NCBI GenBank assembly: GCA_047516685.1
Contig: JAKZUJ010000032.1
Span: forward strand, 1 to 61,232
Reading direction: 5' to 3'
DNA: 61,232 nt
DNA from: Chloroflexota bacterium
GTDB taxonomy: Bacteria > Chloroflexota > UBA11872
Shown here: piece after piece, positions 17,118 to 27,286 of the stretch
Layout: each line of letters starts with the position of its first letter
Numbering within the stretch: position 1 is the first letter of the stretch
The notes under the pieces: model-generated
Database searches by the model: none
The model's input: the letters and a program-made list of their open reading frames with translations, nothing else
What the model was told of the DNA's origin: nothing
Program-made: the position numbers and the translations under genes

Positions 17118-18260
17118 ATGAAAATCACAGGGCTGACTTGCGACTTCATCAACGACGGCTCGCGGAACTGGCCGATCGTGCGAGTGATGACCGATGCCGG
17201 CATCACGGGAATCGGGGAGGCCTATCCGGTTGGCCCTGACAAAGCGGTCGCTGAAACGGTTCGATATTTCGAAGACTGGGTGCTCGGTTTTGACCCGTTC
17301 GATGCCGAGCGCATCTGGCACGAACTGTATGCCGGCAGCCGCTTCCCGACCGGTTCGGTGATCACGGCGGCGATCAGCGGCATTGACCAGGCGCTTTGGG
17401 ACATCAAGGGCAAGGCGCTGGACACGCCGGTCTACCAACTGCTCGGCGGCAAGGTGCGCGACCGCATACGCGTGTACCAGTCAGCGCATGGCAATACGCC
17501 CGAAGCCATGGGCGATCACGCCAGGCAACTCATTGAGACGTACGGCTACACCGCGCTGAAGATCGGCCCGTCCGCACCGAACAGCGACGCCGATCCCTGG
17601 GCGGTGCAGCTGGATACGGCCGAGCGGCGGATGGCCGCCGTCCGCTCCGCGGTCGGTGACGACATCGACATTGGCGTCGACCCGCACGCCAAGATCCTGG
17701 AGCCGGCGCGTGCGCTGGAAATGGCTGAGCGAATCCGCCCCTATCGACCGTACTTCTTTGAGGAACCCGTGCGACCCGAGCAGTTTGAACCGCTGGCCAA
17801 GCTGGCCCGCAAGTCGCCGATCCCCATCGCCACCGGGGAGTGCCTGTACACGAAGTACGAGTTCCAGCAGCTGCTCGCCACTGGCGCGGCGGACATCATT
17901 CAGCCTGACGTCTGCGTGACTGGGGGGCTGACTGAGATGAAGAAGATCGCGGCCATGGCCGAAGCACACTACGTGAGCGTTGCTCCGCACAATCCGCTCG
18001 GGCCGCTGGCCACGGCTGTGAACGTCCACTTTGCGGCGAACGCGCCCAACTTTCTGATTCTCGAGTACCACGCCGATGACTCCGGAGTCCGCGCCGAGGT
18101 ATTAAGAGAGCCGGTCCAACTGCACGACGGCTACGTGTCCATTCCCGACCGACCGGGACTTGGCGTGGAACTGACTCCGGGAATCCTGGAGAAATACCCA
18201 TACGCACCCTGGCGACGCGGACGTCCCACCAAAGCCGACGGCATGCTGGCGTACATCTAG
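17118..18260 (+). CDS. Enolase-superfamily dehydratase, D-galactonate dehydratase-like
   Basis: MKITGLTCDFINDGSRNWPIVRVMTDAGITGIGEA... and AISGIDQALWDIKGKALDTPVYQLLGG are typical of the mandelate racemase / DgoD subgroup. Confidence 0.85.
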   Translation: MKITGLTCDFINDGSRNWPIVRVMTDAGITGIGEAYPVGPDKAVAETVRYFEDWVLGFDPFDAERIWHELYAGSRFPTGSVITAAISGIDQALWDIKGKALDTPVYQLLGGKVRDRIRVYQSAHGNTPEAMGDHARQLIETYGYTALKIGPSAPNSDADPWAVQLDTAERRMAAVRSAVGDDIDIGVDPHAKILEPARALEMAERIRPYRPYFFEEPVRPEQFEPLAKLARKSPIPIATGECLYTKYEFQQLLATGAADIIQPDVCVTGGLTEMKKIAAMAEAHYVSVAPHNPLGPLATAVNVHFAANAPNFLILEYHADDSGVRAEVLREPVQLHDGYVSIPDRPGLGVELTPGILEKYPYAPWRRGRPTKADGMLAYI

Positions 18261-18262
18261 CC

Positions 18263-19030
18263 GTGCCGCCAATCGGATGGTGGCCGCGATTGTTGGGGCA
18301 GCGACTGCTGCTGACGGTAGTGACCGTCGTTGCCGTGATGTTGGCTGGGTGCGGCGACAACGAGGCGACGCCAGCGGCGTCTGCCCAGCCCACCGAGGCC
18401 GACTTCGACCAGGCGGCCTACGCCGCCGCAATCGCGGGAAGCGATCCGGCCCTGTCGGCGCGTCTGGAGTCACCAACGGATGACGGCAATGGTGACGTGC
18501 GAGTCGAAGTGGATCGCCGTCCGGCCGATGGCACGATCCGGCTCGCCGTGCAGATCACGCGCCCGGCGGGACGTCTGGCTTTCGAGACGTTGGAGGTGGG
18601 CAACCGGACGTACTTCCTGGACGGTCCCGCGGGCGCCGACGGCGACTGGATTGCCGTGGACCGCGGAGCCGCAGGTCCGGAAACGCCGCGCGTCGAGTCA
18701 CTGCTATCGACCTTTCCAGTGGTTGGGGACATCGCCGGGTCCGTTCGTGCCGAGGGCTGGTCCGAGCGTGGTGTTGAGCCGTGTCCCAGAAGCGGCGCCT
18801 GCTTCGTGCTTACGAATCCCGCCTTTGCATTTGCCAGCCTCTTTATCGACACACGCACGCACCGGCCAGTTCACCTGCGGCTGGCGCGACCTGGGATGAG
18901 GGCCGCTGGTGAAATCGAGATTGACTGGATGGCCACGGATCCCGTGAAGCCGCCCGCGAACGCACGGGAAGTCAACGGGACGGAATTCCAACAGGCGCTC
19001 GCGCCGGTTCTGCAATCGCTCGGCCTTTAG
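18263..19030 (+). CDS. Hypothetical lipoprotein
   Basis: Signal peptide with an MLAGC lipobox (LLLTVVTVVAVMLAGCGDNE). The body is unassigned. Confidence 0.6.
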   Translation: MPPIGWWPRLLGQRLLLTVVTVVAVMLAGCGDNEATPAASAQPTEADFDQAAYAAAIAGSDPALSARLESPTDDGNGDVRVEVDRRPADGTIRLAVQITRPAGRLAFETLEVGNRTYFLDGPAGADGDWIAVDRGAAGPETPRVESLLSTFPVVGDIAGSVRAEGWSERGVEPCPRSGACFVLTNPAFAFASLFIDTRTHRPVHLRLARPGMRAAGEIEIDWMATDPVKPPANAREVNGTEFQQALAPVLQSLGL

Positions 19031-19058
19031 CCGCGGCCAAACGCTGGGGCGCCGCCGC

Positions 19059-19418
19059 CTAGGGCGACTCGGAAATCAGAGTGAAACCGTTGACCTCGCC
19101 GTGGGCGATCGGTCCGTCGTGAGCGGTCCGCCAGAATTGGATGAACGGAAGCAAGGCGTCGGGGATGTCGTCCTTCGCCGCCAGGTCGCCGGCCATCGCC
19201 ACCGTCTTCACCGCGTCGTCCAGACCCGAGTAGATGTGCACGCTGCCGTAGTCGAACTTGCTTGGTGCCAGCGCGTGCGTCTCGGCGCCGAACCCGCGCA
19301 ATAGCATGATTCGTTCGATGCCCCAGGTTGGCCGCGCGTCTCGAAAGGCCTGCTCGAAGGCCGCGGGGTCGGCGTCCTCGCGAAGCTTGTAGAAGCGGAT
19401 CGACACATATTGGGGCAT
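19059..19418 (-). CDS. Small hypothetical protein (119 aa)
   Basis: ORF 19059..19424. ATG 19418 is preceded by AAGGAA. No motif recognised. Confidence 0.55.
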   Translation of the reverse strand: MPQYVSIRFYKLREDADPAAFEQAFRDARPTWGIERIMLLRGFGAETHALAPSKFDYGSVHIYSGLDDAVKTVAMAGDLAAKDDIPDALLPFIQFWRTAHDGPIAHGEVNGFTLISESP

Positions 19419-19450
19419 CGGCAATTCCTTTCAGGCGTATGAGTGGGCAG

Positions 19451-20638
19451 CTAGCCAAGATGTTCGCGCAGCACCGAGCCTGCGTGGGCAAGCGTGCTCG
19501 GGGCCAGGAGGCCAAAGTTGTACACCATCACACGGTCGGGCTCGATCTCGCTCAGCCGGCGTGCGCGCGCCACGAAGCCCGGTCCATGCGGATCCACGGC
19601 GTGGTGCGCCGTCTGGTTGACGGTAATCTCGATGTCCGCGCCGGCGTGACGCACCGTTGAAACCTGCGCATCGGCGACGGCCGGATGGTCGGTGGGGTCG
19701 GCAATCATCAGCGCGCCCAGTGTGTCCAGCAGGTCTGACAGGCGCAGCCCATGGTTCGCCCAACCCAGCGATGCCTCGCCGACGCCGACCCGCACATGAT
19801 GGCGCCGGAGGGCGTGGCGTATCGCCTTGACGAGGCCGACCGCCGACTGCTCGCGCGACTCCAGAAACCCGCGAAACTCCTCGTCCGCTTCGCAGCGTTC
19901 GGCCACGAGCGCCGCAAGATCGCTCCCAGTGTTCGTGGGGCCAGGCGGTGATTCAAGCGTGTCGCGAAGTTCGCGAGCCACGTTCGTCCGCACTTCTTCC
20001 GGATCTACGCCATGGGCGCGGGCCGCCGACATCGAGTATTCGTTGAAGCAGAGGCCCGCCAGGAACTCGGTCCACGGGCTCATGTACACCAGGATGCGCG
20101 GACGCACCCAGCCGTACGCGAAGTCCGGGTAGCCGACGTTTTCGAGGGTCAGGCCGCTGATCTGATACTGATCGCACAGGTCAGCCAGTAGTTCGGGCAG
20201 GTAGGTCTGAATGTCCGGGTGCGCAGGACAGGTTGCGGCAAAGCTGCGGTGTCCAAACGCGTTCTCGATGGCTGTTTCCGGGTAGGCGCGCGCGAGCCAG
20301 GGCTGGAACATCCCGATGACCCAGGCGTTGAGCTGCATTCCACGGGCATCCGCGCCGCGGGCGGTCTGCTCGTACACCCTCAGAATGTCGCCTTCCGCAT
20401 GCAGCGCTGGCTGGATTCGGCTGTATCGCTCGGAGCGGGCCGGGAAGTACACGGCCCCCTGCTCCGAATAGAACTGCGATCGGCGTCGGTTGCGCGGCGA
20501 AAACGTCGCTATGGCGTGATAGTTGGGGCACAGGTCAATCGCGTCGAACCCGTGACCGACCAGCCAGTCCAGCGCTCTATCCACGCCTTCGTCGGCCAGG
20601 TCCCAGGGATACGCCCAAACTGATAGTCGAGGGGGCAC
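19451..20638 (-). CDS. Hypothetical protein, possibly a TIM-barrel glycoside-hydrolase-like fold
   Basis: 395-aa ORF with a GTG start. The alternating beta/alpha character of the N-terminal 250 aa (WAYPWDLADEGVDRALDWLVGHGFDAIDL...) is only suggestive. Confidence 0.55.
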   Translation of the reverse strand: MPPRLSVWAYPWDLADEGVDRALDWLVGHGFDAIDLCPNYHAIATFSPRNRRRSQFYSEQGAVYFPARSERYSRIQPALHAEGDILRVYEQTARGADARGMQLNAWVIGMFQPWLARAYPETAIENAFGHRSFAATCPAHPDIQTYLPELLADLCDQYQISGLTLENVGYPDFAYGWVRPRILVYMSPWTEFLAGLCFNEYSMSAARAHGVDPEEVRTNVARELRDTLESPPGPTNTGSDLAALVAERCEADEEFRGFLESREQSAVGLVKAIRHALRRHHVRVGVGEASLGWANHGLRLSDLLDTLGALMIADPTDHPAVADAQVSTVRHAGADIEITVNQTAHHAVDPHGPGFVARARRLSEIEPDRVMVYNFGLLAPSTLAHAGSVLREHLG

Positions 20639-20715
20639 GGTAGGCTAGCGCTGCTGCGAACGGCTCATCCTAGGCTACGGGTTGAGTTTCCGTCGCGCTG
20701 AAGGACGACGCCGTT

Positions 20716-21675
20716 GTGAATGTGTTGATGGTGGGGTCCGGCAGCATCGCCGGCTTCCACTCGCGCGCCATTCGCGAGCTGGGCCACACCCTCTATCACG
20801 TGGTCGGTCGCCGCGAGTCGCAGGTATCCGAATTCGCCGCCGAAGCGGGCTTCGCACGGCATGGCATTGACCTGGAACGCGGGCTGGATGATCCCGCGGT
20901 GGACGCCGTGGTCATAACTTCACCAAGTGACTTCCACCGAGCGCACGCCGAAGCGGCGCTGGAACGGAAGCTGCCGACACTGCTGGAGATTCCGGTGGCG
21001 ACGTCACTTGAAGACGCGGAAGCCGTGGGGCGAGCCGCCCAGGCGGCGGAGACGCCGGTGATGGCGGCCCATACGCGGCGTTTTCAGCCGGCCATGCGGC
21101 ACTTGCGTGCGCTGGTGGCCGACGGCGCGCTGACCGTTCATCACGCGGTGCAGCGCTACGGATTCATCCGGCGCCGCAACGTGAATTGGGTTGGCAACCA
21201 GCGGAGTTGGACCGACAACCTGATCTGGCATCACGGCGGCCATGCCATGGACGCCTGGATGTGGATGCTGGGCGTATCCGAGATTGAGGTTTCCGCGAAG
21301 CTGGGTCCGCCGCACCACCACCTGCAGATTCCCATGGACATCGCCATCGCGCTGAAGACTCCCAGCGGCCAGGTAGGCAGCATTTCGCTGTCCTACAACA
21401 CGCACCAGGCGCTGGACGACGCCCTATATATCGCCGAAGAGGACACGATCGCGGCGAACTACGCGACGGGGACGCTGGTTGGCAAGGACGGAGTGATCTT
21501 TGACGCCGGCATGACCGAAGTCGTGCCGCACGATGTGATTACCGCGCAGGATCGCGAGTTTTTCGCCGCGGTCGACGAGCAGCGCGAGCCGAAGCCGACA
21601 GTCAGCGACGTTCTGCCGAGCCTGCGCGCCCTTCAGGTCGTGCAGGACACCTATAGCGCGGAGTACGGCGAATGA
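20716..21675 (+). CDS. Gfo/Idh/MocA family oxidoreductase
   Basis: [19 protein letters not shown]... gives a Rossmann N-terminus. LLEIPVA sits at the position of the EKP motif. Confidence 0.8.
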   Translation: MNVLMVGSGSIAGFHSRAIRELGHTLYHVVGRRESQVSEFAAEAGFARHGIDLERGLDDPAVDAVVITSPSDFHRAHAEAALERKLPTLLEIPVATSLEDAEAVGRAAQAAETPVMAAHTRRFQPAMRHLRALVADGALTVHHAVQRYGFIRRRNVNWVGNQRSWTDNLIWHHGGHAMDAWMWMLGVSEIEVSAKLGPPHHHLQIPMDIAIALKTPSGQVGSISLSYNTHQALDDALYIAEEDTIAANYATGTLVGKDGVIFDAGMTEVVPHDVITAQDREFFAAVDEQREPKPTVSDVLPSLRALQVVQDTYSAEYGE

Positions 21676-22613
21676 GCGAAGAAGCCGGACCTGGACGCGT
21701 CGTCTATCTCAATGGGGCATGGGTACTGGAGCGCGACGCCGCAATTTCGATTTTCGACTCGTCGCTCGTCTGGGGCGACGCGGTCTTCGAGACCACGCGC
21801 ACGTTTCTGCATGAGCCGTTCCGTCTGGACGCGCACCTGGAGCGGCTGGAGGATTCACTGGGCGCCGCTGGCGTGCCCTTCAACGACTCCATGGACGACC
21901 TAGCCGAACGAACCGCTGAACTGATCGAGCGAAACCGAGAGGCCTACGATGCCGAAATCGACTTTTCGATCGTGCATCAGATTTCGCCAGGCGCCCTGGG
22001 TCGATATCAAAGTTCGGTCGCACATGCCGGACCGTCGACGCTGATCTATACCTACCCGCTGAACGGCATGCTGGGCGAAGCGGCCCGCTGGTACGACGAG
22101 GGTCTGAACGCCGTGGTGCCGCGGCAGCGCGCGATTCCTTCGCGGCTCCTCGATCCAAAGATCAAGAGCCGGTCTCGATTGCACTACCAGGTTGCCAACC
22201 ACGAAATCGCCAGGCACGGGGCTGACGCCTGGGCGGTGCTCCAAGGCGAAGACGGCTTCATCACCGAGGGCACGGGCTCGAATTTCTTCATCGTGCGTGA
22301 CGGCGAAGTGCTGACGTCGCGCGGCCACAGCGTGCTGCGCGGGGTCACCCGCGACACAACGTTGACGCTGGCCGGCGAGCTTGGCCTGCCAGCGCGCGAG
22401 GCTGACTTCGAGCCTTACGACGTCGCCACCGCCGAGGAAGCCTTCTTCACGACGACGCCCTACTGCCTGATTCCCGCCACGCGCTTCAACGGAGCGCCAA
22501 TCGGTGACGGAACCGTCGGCCCGGTATATCGACGTCTGGCCGACGCCTTCAGCGAGGACATGGGCGTGGACTTTATTGCCCAGGCGAAGCGCTACGCCGA
22601 AATGATGACCTGA
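21672..22613 (+). CDS. Class IV (branched-chain / D-amino-acid type) aminotransferase
   Basis: ATGA overlap with the upstream stop. [35 protein letters not shown]... and [20 protein letters not shown] (Lys region) fit PLP fold-type IV. Confidence 0.85.
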   Translation: MSEEAGPGRVVYLNGAWVLERDAAISIFDSSLVWGDAVFETTRTFLHEPFRLDAHLERLEDSLGAAGVPFNDSMDDLAERTAELIERNREAYDAEIDFSIVHQISPGALGRYQSSVAHAGPSTLIYTYPLNGMLGEAARWYDEGLNAVVPRQRAIPSRLLDPKIKSRSRLHYQVANHEIARHGADAWAVLQGEDGFITEGTGSNFFIVRDGEVLTSRGHSVLRGVTRDTTLTLAGELGLPAREADFEPYDVATAEEAFFTTTPYCLIPATRFNGAPIGDGTVGPVYRRLADAFSEDMGVDFIAQAKRYAEMMT

Positions 22614-22634
22614 GCGCTTCTCCGCAGAACATAC

Positions 22635-22670
22635 GAGCGCCGCGCCGCCGAGTCCGGAAGCGCGGCGCTC
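22635..22670. terminator. Hairpin between convergent genes (candidate bidirectional terminator)
   Basis: gagcgccgcgc(22635-22645)/gcgcggcgctc(22660-22670) form an 11-bp perfect stem. It lies between the aminotransferase stop (22613) and the aquaporin stop (22678). Confidence 0.5.
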
Positions 22671-22677
22671 GCCGCGC

Positions 22678-23367
22678 TTAGCCCGTTTCGCCTTCCTGGC
22701 GAAGGTTGTGCAGGTAGAAACCAACCCCGGCGGCGACAAGTGCGCCGACAATCGGTCCGACCCAATAGATCCAGATCGAATCAAAGTTGAGGGCCACGAT
22801 GGCGGGGCCGAACGAACGCGCGGGATTCAGCGCCGCGCCGGTCAGCGCCCCACCCACGAGCCAACTGGCGGCCAGCGTGAGACCGATGGCCAGGCCGTGA
22901 AAGCCCTGGGCGGCTTTTCCGCTGACCGCGGCGCCGATGATGACCGACACCAGAAAGAACGTGAGCACCGCTTCAAGAACCAGCGCCTGCCCAGCGCCGA
23001 CATCGGCGCCCGGCAGTGGAAGGCCGTAGTGGGTAGCGCCCTCGGCGCGCACCAGCGCGTGCAGCAGGGCGCCGACGACGGCGCCGCCCAACTGAAACAC
23101 GATGTAGCCCGGAACCGACCGCAACGGGAACTTGCCAATCGCAGCCAGCGCGATGGTGACGGCCGGGTTGATATGGCAGCCGGAGACGGCGCCGATTCCA
23201 TATATCAAGGCGACGAGGATCAGGCCGTGAGCCAGGCCGGCCAGCACGACGCCGCCCGTACCGCCGTCAAGAGCTTCAAACGCCACGGCCGCGCTCAGCG
23301 AGCCGATAAAGATGAGCGTTAGCGTGCCGACGAATTCGGCCAACCAAGCGCGCGGTTCATATTGCAT
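22678..23367 (-). CDS. MIP-family channel (aquaporin/glycerol facilitator)
   Basis: Two NPA boxes (GCHINPAVT and AALNPARSFG), six hydrophobic segments, and AGGAG before the ATG. Confidence 0.9.
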   Translation of the reverse strand: MQYEPRAWLAEFVGTLTLIFIGSLSAAVAFEALDGGTGGVVLAGLAHGLILVALIYGIGAVSGCHINPAVTIALAAIGKFPLRSVPGYIVFQLGGAVVGALLHALVRAEGATHYGLPLPGADVGAGQALVLEAVLTFFLVSVIIGAAVSGKAAQGFHGLAIGLTLAASWLVGGALTGAALNPARSFGPAIVALNFDSIWIYWVGPIVGALVAAGVGFYLHNLRQEGETG

Positions 23368-23567
23368 GAGCTGCTCCTATCGGCAGGTGCCACCCGCGGG
23401 TCCCGCGGGTCGACGACGAAACGCCCTTTTTGTAGCAGATTTGCTTTGATCCCGTCGTATAAGCGCTGGCGGGTCCTGACGCTTGTGGGCCTTCAGCGCC
23501 ATTGATCAACCCCACGCCAAACTGGCTGACCGTGCGTGCGCACGGGTCTCGCGGTCATGTCCGATCC

Positions 23568-24767
23568 CTAGATGAGCCCGCGCGCTCGCGGCGCTGCCGT
23601 GTGATCCCAGGGCGTGATCCACTCTTCGTCGATCTCCAGGCCCCAGCCCGGCGCGTCATTCGGTTCGATGTAGCCGCCCCTGGGTACCGCGAGGCCGGGA
23701 AGGGGCCACACCTCCTCCAGCGGTACTCCGGGATCGCTGCCCATCCAGAACTCCGCCATCGGCGACTCCGGCATGGAAATAGCGAAGTGCTGGCCCCAGG
23801 GGGACGCGACGGCGGCGTGAGGCACCGTGATGATCCCGGCCGCCTCGCCAATGGTGTATATCTTCAGCGCTTCCGAGAGACCGCCGCACCACGTCAGGTC
23901 GGGTTGCAACACGTCCACGGCGCGATGCTCCACGAGCTGCCGGAACGTCCAGCGCCCGTGGTGGTCCTCGCCCGTGGCTAGCGGAACCCAGTTGATCGCC
24001 TTGCGCAGCTCGATATGTCCCTCCAGGTCTGTCGGGATCAGCGGCTCTTCCAACCAGCGCAGGTTGTAGGGGCGCAGGCGCTCGGCAAGTCTGACGGTGA
24101 ACTCCACGTTGAAGCTCATGACCGGGTTGTACATCAACTCGGCATTCGGCCCCACGGCATCCCGCGCTTTCGCAATGTGCTCCTCGACGATGTTGATGCC
24201 GTCGATCCCTTCGTCGTAGTGCGCGGGGTTCGAAACCTTGAAGCACTTGAAGCCAAGTTCCTGTGCCCAATCCAGGTCGTCGGACGTGCAATACACGAGG
24301 GCCTTGTCGCGGCAGGGACCGCCGATCAGCGAATACACCGGCTGACCCAGCAGTTTTCCCTTGAGGTCCCACAGCGCCAGGTCGATCCCGGATTGCGCGA
24401 CCGTGGCAATGCCGCCGGCGCCGAAGCGCTGGGTCGAGCGCCACATCAGATCGTTGAGGAACTCGAGTGCCAGGCAGTCCCGCCCTTCCAGGAGCGGCCC
24501 GAAGTGAAAATCGATCAAGGCGGCCGTGGGCTCGCCGAAGCTGCACTCGCCCAGGCCACACGTCCCATCTTCGGCTGTCACTTGTACCCATACCCGGTCC
24601 CAGGTGGTGGCGCCGGGCATCCGGCCGTGGAGCCGCGAGAACTCCGGGTACTTGTTGATCGGCAAGGCGCGCCGCGCGTGCGAGTTCCAGCCGGGACGTC
24701 GCGGCGGCGTGGTCGGGGGTTTCCGCGGGACGTTCAGGCGGACGGCCCGGATCTGGGTTATGCGCAC
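23568..24767 (-). CDS. Enolase-superfamily dehydratase, L-rhamnonate dehydratase-like
   Basis: GTG start. A long N-terminal extension precedes the capping domain. GIDLALWDLKGKLLGQPVYSLIGG, LRWLEEPL, ATGEDHHG and VLQPDLTWCGGLSE parallel the E. coli RhmD layout as I recall it. Confidence 0.75.
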   Translation of the reverse strand: MRITQIRAVRLNVPRKPPTTPPRRPGWNSHARRALPINKYPEFSRLHGRMPGATTWDRVWVQVTAEDGTCGLGECSFGEPTAALIDFHFGPLLEGRDCLALEFLNDLMWRSTQRFGAGGIATVAQSGIDLALWDLKGKLLGQPVYSLIGGPCRDKALVYCTSDDLDWAQELGFKCFKVSNPAHYDEGIDGINIVEEHIAKARDAVGPNAELMYNPVMSFNVEFTVRLAERLRPYNLRWLEEPLIPTDLEGHIELRKAINWVPLATGEDHHGRWTFRQLVEHRAVDVLQPDLTWCGGLSEALKIYTIGEAAGIITVPHAAVASPWGQHFAISMPESPMAEFWMGSDPGVPLEEVWPLPGLAVPRGGYIEPNDAPGWGLEIDEEWITPWDHTAAPRARGLI

Positions 24768-24867
24768 GGTTGCCGTCTCTCTAGTTCACGAATCGGGTTA
24801 GCGGCTGCCGATCCGAGACGCCTTGCCTGATCGATTGAGGCGGTCCCTTTGGGCTTCGGGGATCACG

Positions 24868-25866
24868 TTAAGTCTCTGCTGATCCGTTCGATCCGGCCGG
24901 CGAGGGCTCGCCCTTGATCGCTTCAAGGAGTCCCATCATTTGGCCCGTCGCCAGCGCTCGTCCGCGGTGTCCCCAGGGTGTGTCGTCCACCATGTGCGGG
25001 ACATGGTCGTCGATCAGGAATCCGGTGAAGCCTGCCTGGTAAAGAGTTCGCATGGCGGCGGCGATGTCCACGTTGCCCTCGCCGAGGAAGCACTCGTTGA
25101 ACACCGGCACCGTGCCCTGCACGTCTCGGAAGTGCACGTAGAACAGTCGCTTCTCGGCGACAAAGTGCCGCATGGCCGCCAGGACGTCCTCGCCCATCTC
25201 CGACCAGCAGCCCATGCAAAAGTCCAACCCGTTGTTGGAACTGTCGCCGATCCGCATGGCTCGCTTGAAGCCGTCGAACGAGCGCATCAGGCGGGCGACG
25301 CCGCCCAGCGACGGGACGGGCGGGTCATCGGGGTGCAGCGCGAGCCGTACGCCGCTGGCTTCGGCCACCGGCAGCACGGCGTCCATGAACCGCGCGTAGT
25401 TGGCCCACATCTCGTCGGCGCTGAAGGTTCGTCCGTGCGTGGGCGCGGCGCCTGATGCCTGGGCCAGGTCAAACGCTGTGACCCGGGCGCCGCCGCGTGT
25501 CGTTGCGGGCGCCGTACGCCAGACGCCGTTTGGCATCCAGTTGTAGCCGAGGATTGGGATTCCAGCCTCGCCGATGTGCCGGATGGTTGCCTGGTAATTC
25601 GCGATTTGCCGTTCGGCGCCTTCAAGTCCCAGCATTGCCAGGTCATAGAAATGGGTCGGCACGTTTTCGATCGACTCGATCCGGAGACCAGGGGCCTCGA
25701 CGCGCTGGCGCAGGCGTACGAGGTCCTCGACCTCCCAGCGTTCGGCGCCGGGCAGGCGCGGGGTGTTGAGGACGATGCCACTGACACCCATCTGGGCGGA
25801 AAATTGCAGGACTTCCGCCGTGGGTTCGCTGAACTGGCCCGTTGCGATTCGCATTTCCTCGGCCAT
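24868..25866 (-). CDS. uxuA: Mannonate dehydratase
   Basis: ORF 24868..26007, trimmed to ATG 25866 (MAEEMRIATGQF...). LALHPDDPP, GLDFCMGCWSEMG, LFYVHFRDV and GFLIDDHVP are UxuA-like xylose-isomerase-fold motifs. Confidence 0.8.
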   Translation of the reverse strand: MAEEMRIATGQFSEPTAEVLQFSAQMGVSGIVLNTPRLPGAERWEVEDLVRLRQRVEAPGLRIESIENVPTHFYDLAMLGLEGAERQIANYQATIRHIGEAGIPILGYNWMPNGVWRTAPATTRGGARVTAFDLAQASGAAPTHGRTFSADEMWANYARFMDAVLPVAEASGVRLALHPDDPPVPSLGGVARLMRSFDGFKRAMRIGDSSNNGLDFCMGCWSEMGEDVLAAMRHFVAEKRLFYVHFRDVQGTVPVFNECFLGEGNVDIAAAMRTLYQAGFTGFLIDDHVPHMVDDTPWGHRGRALATGQMMGLLEAIKGEPSPAGSNGSAET

Positions 25867-26041
25867 GCCATGCCTCCGACCGACAGCGAGCGTTGCAGGA
25901 CGACGTGCGTCGCGTTGTTCAGCATGCCACGGAGCGGAACGTCGCTGCGCGGGCACAGGCAGCGCTCCCGCTGACGGCTGCGCGGCAAGGTTCGGTGGCG
26001 GCTTCACTTGGCCAACGGCGTGGCAGAATCGCGTGTCCGCA

Positions 26042-27286
26042 ATGAACGTAGTCAGTCTGATTCTCGCCCGCGCAATTGACCGGATAGCCCGCGCGCTCGT
26101 GCTGAGCCGTCTGCGCGACTGGCACTACGGACGGCTGGAGTTGCGTCTCCCCGACGGCGCCATGCTGGCTGTGGGCGACCCGACACGCGGGGGGATTGCG
26201 CGGGCCGAATTTCACGACGACCGCGCGTTTACTCGCTTGCTCGTGGGCGGGTCGACCGGCGCTGGCGAGGCCTACATGGACGGACAGTGGTCCAGCCCCG
26301 ATCTTCGCGCCGTGCTTAGCGGGGCGCTGGCCAACGCGCAGCGGGTGCGGCTGGATGCCGCCATGTCGCTGCCGCGCCGGCTATCCGACCTGTGGCGCCA
26401 CGCGCGCCGTCGCAATACCCGCTCGGGCAGCCAACAGAATATCCACGCGCACTATGACCTCGGGAATGAGTTCTTCCGGTTGTTCCTGGACGAGTCGCTG
26501 GCGTACTCCTGCGCCATTTGGGACGGCTGCGAGGACCTGGGGGCGGCCCAGCAGGCGAAGTTTGACCTCGTGTGCCGAAAGCTGGATCTGAGACCGGGCG
26601 ACCGGGTTCTGGAGATCGGCTGCGGGTGGGGCGGGTTCGCCATCCACGCCGCGCAAACCACTGGATGCCAGGTCGTGGGCATTACGGTGTCGCGCGAGCA
26701 GCAGCGGCTGGCCAGCCAGCGGGTTACCGCCGCCGGGCTGGATGACCAGGTGCGGATCGCGTACTCGGACTACCGCGATGTTGAGGGGACGTTCGACAAG
26801 GTGGTCTCCATCGAGATGTTCGAAGCCGTTGGCCGCGAGTATTGGGACGAATTCTTTGCGACGTGCGAGCGCGTGCTGCGACCGGGCGGAGCCATGCTGC
26901 TGCAAACGATCGGTATCCAGGACCGCGATGCCGAGTCCGGGATGCGCGCCTCCGGCTGGATCAGCAAGTACATCTTTCCAGGGGGCGTCTTGCCCGCGGT
27001 CGTAGAGATTCGGCAATCGGTGCGGCGCGGCGGGCAGGCCCTGGCGGTGCGAGCGATCGACGAAATCGGCCCGCACTATGTTCGGACGCTCGATGAATGG
27101 AGGCGTCGCTTCTGGCGGGCCGAAGCGCGTGTGCGTTCGCTTGGCTTCGATGACAGATTCATTCGGATGTGGGACTTTTATCTCGCAGCCTGCGCCTCCA
27201 GCTTCGAGACCAACACAATTCGCGATGTCCAGGTGCTGATCGAGCGAGCTGAATCTCTTAGGTCAGCAGAGCACGCTGGCGTCTAG
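26042..27286 (+). CDS. cfa: Cyclopropane-fatty-acyl-phospholipid synthase family SAM methyltransferase
   Basis: ATG 26042 within ORF 25763..27286. Motifs: NIHAHYDLGNEFFRLFLDESLAYSCAIW, VLEIGCGWGGFA (SAM motif I), IEMFEAVG and YIFPGG. Confidence 0.85.
   Translation: MNVVSLILARAIDRIARALVLSRLRDWHYGRLELRLPDGAMLAVGDPTRGGIARAEFHDDRAFTRLLVGGSTGAGEAYMDGQWSSPDLRAVLSGALANAQRVRLDAAMSLPRRLSDLWRHARRRNTRSGSQQNIHAHYDLGNEFFRLFLDESLAYSCAIWDGCEDLGAAQQAKFDLVCRKLDLRPGDRVLEIGCGWGGFAIHAAQTTGCQVVGITVSREQQRLASQRVTAAGLDDQVRIAYSDYRDVEGTFDKVVSIEMFEAVGREYWDEFFATCERVLRPGGAMLLQTIGIQDRDAESGMRASGWISKYIFPGGVLPAVVEIRQSVRRGGQALAVRAIDEIGPHYVRTLDEWRRRFWRAEARVRSLGFDDRFIRMWDFYLAACASSFETNTIRDVQVLIERAESLRSAEHAGV

Noticed and set aside
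25867-26041. Divergent uxuA/cfa spacer inspected for sigma-70-like -35/-10 boxes.
   Set aside because: The candidate hexamers (TTGGCC, CAGAAT, TTCACT) do not sit at acceptable spacing. I cannot support a promoter call by eye.
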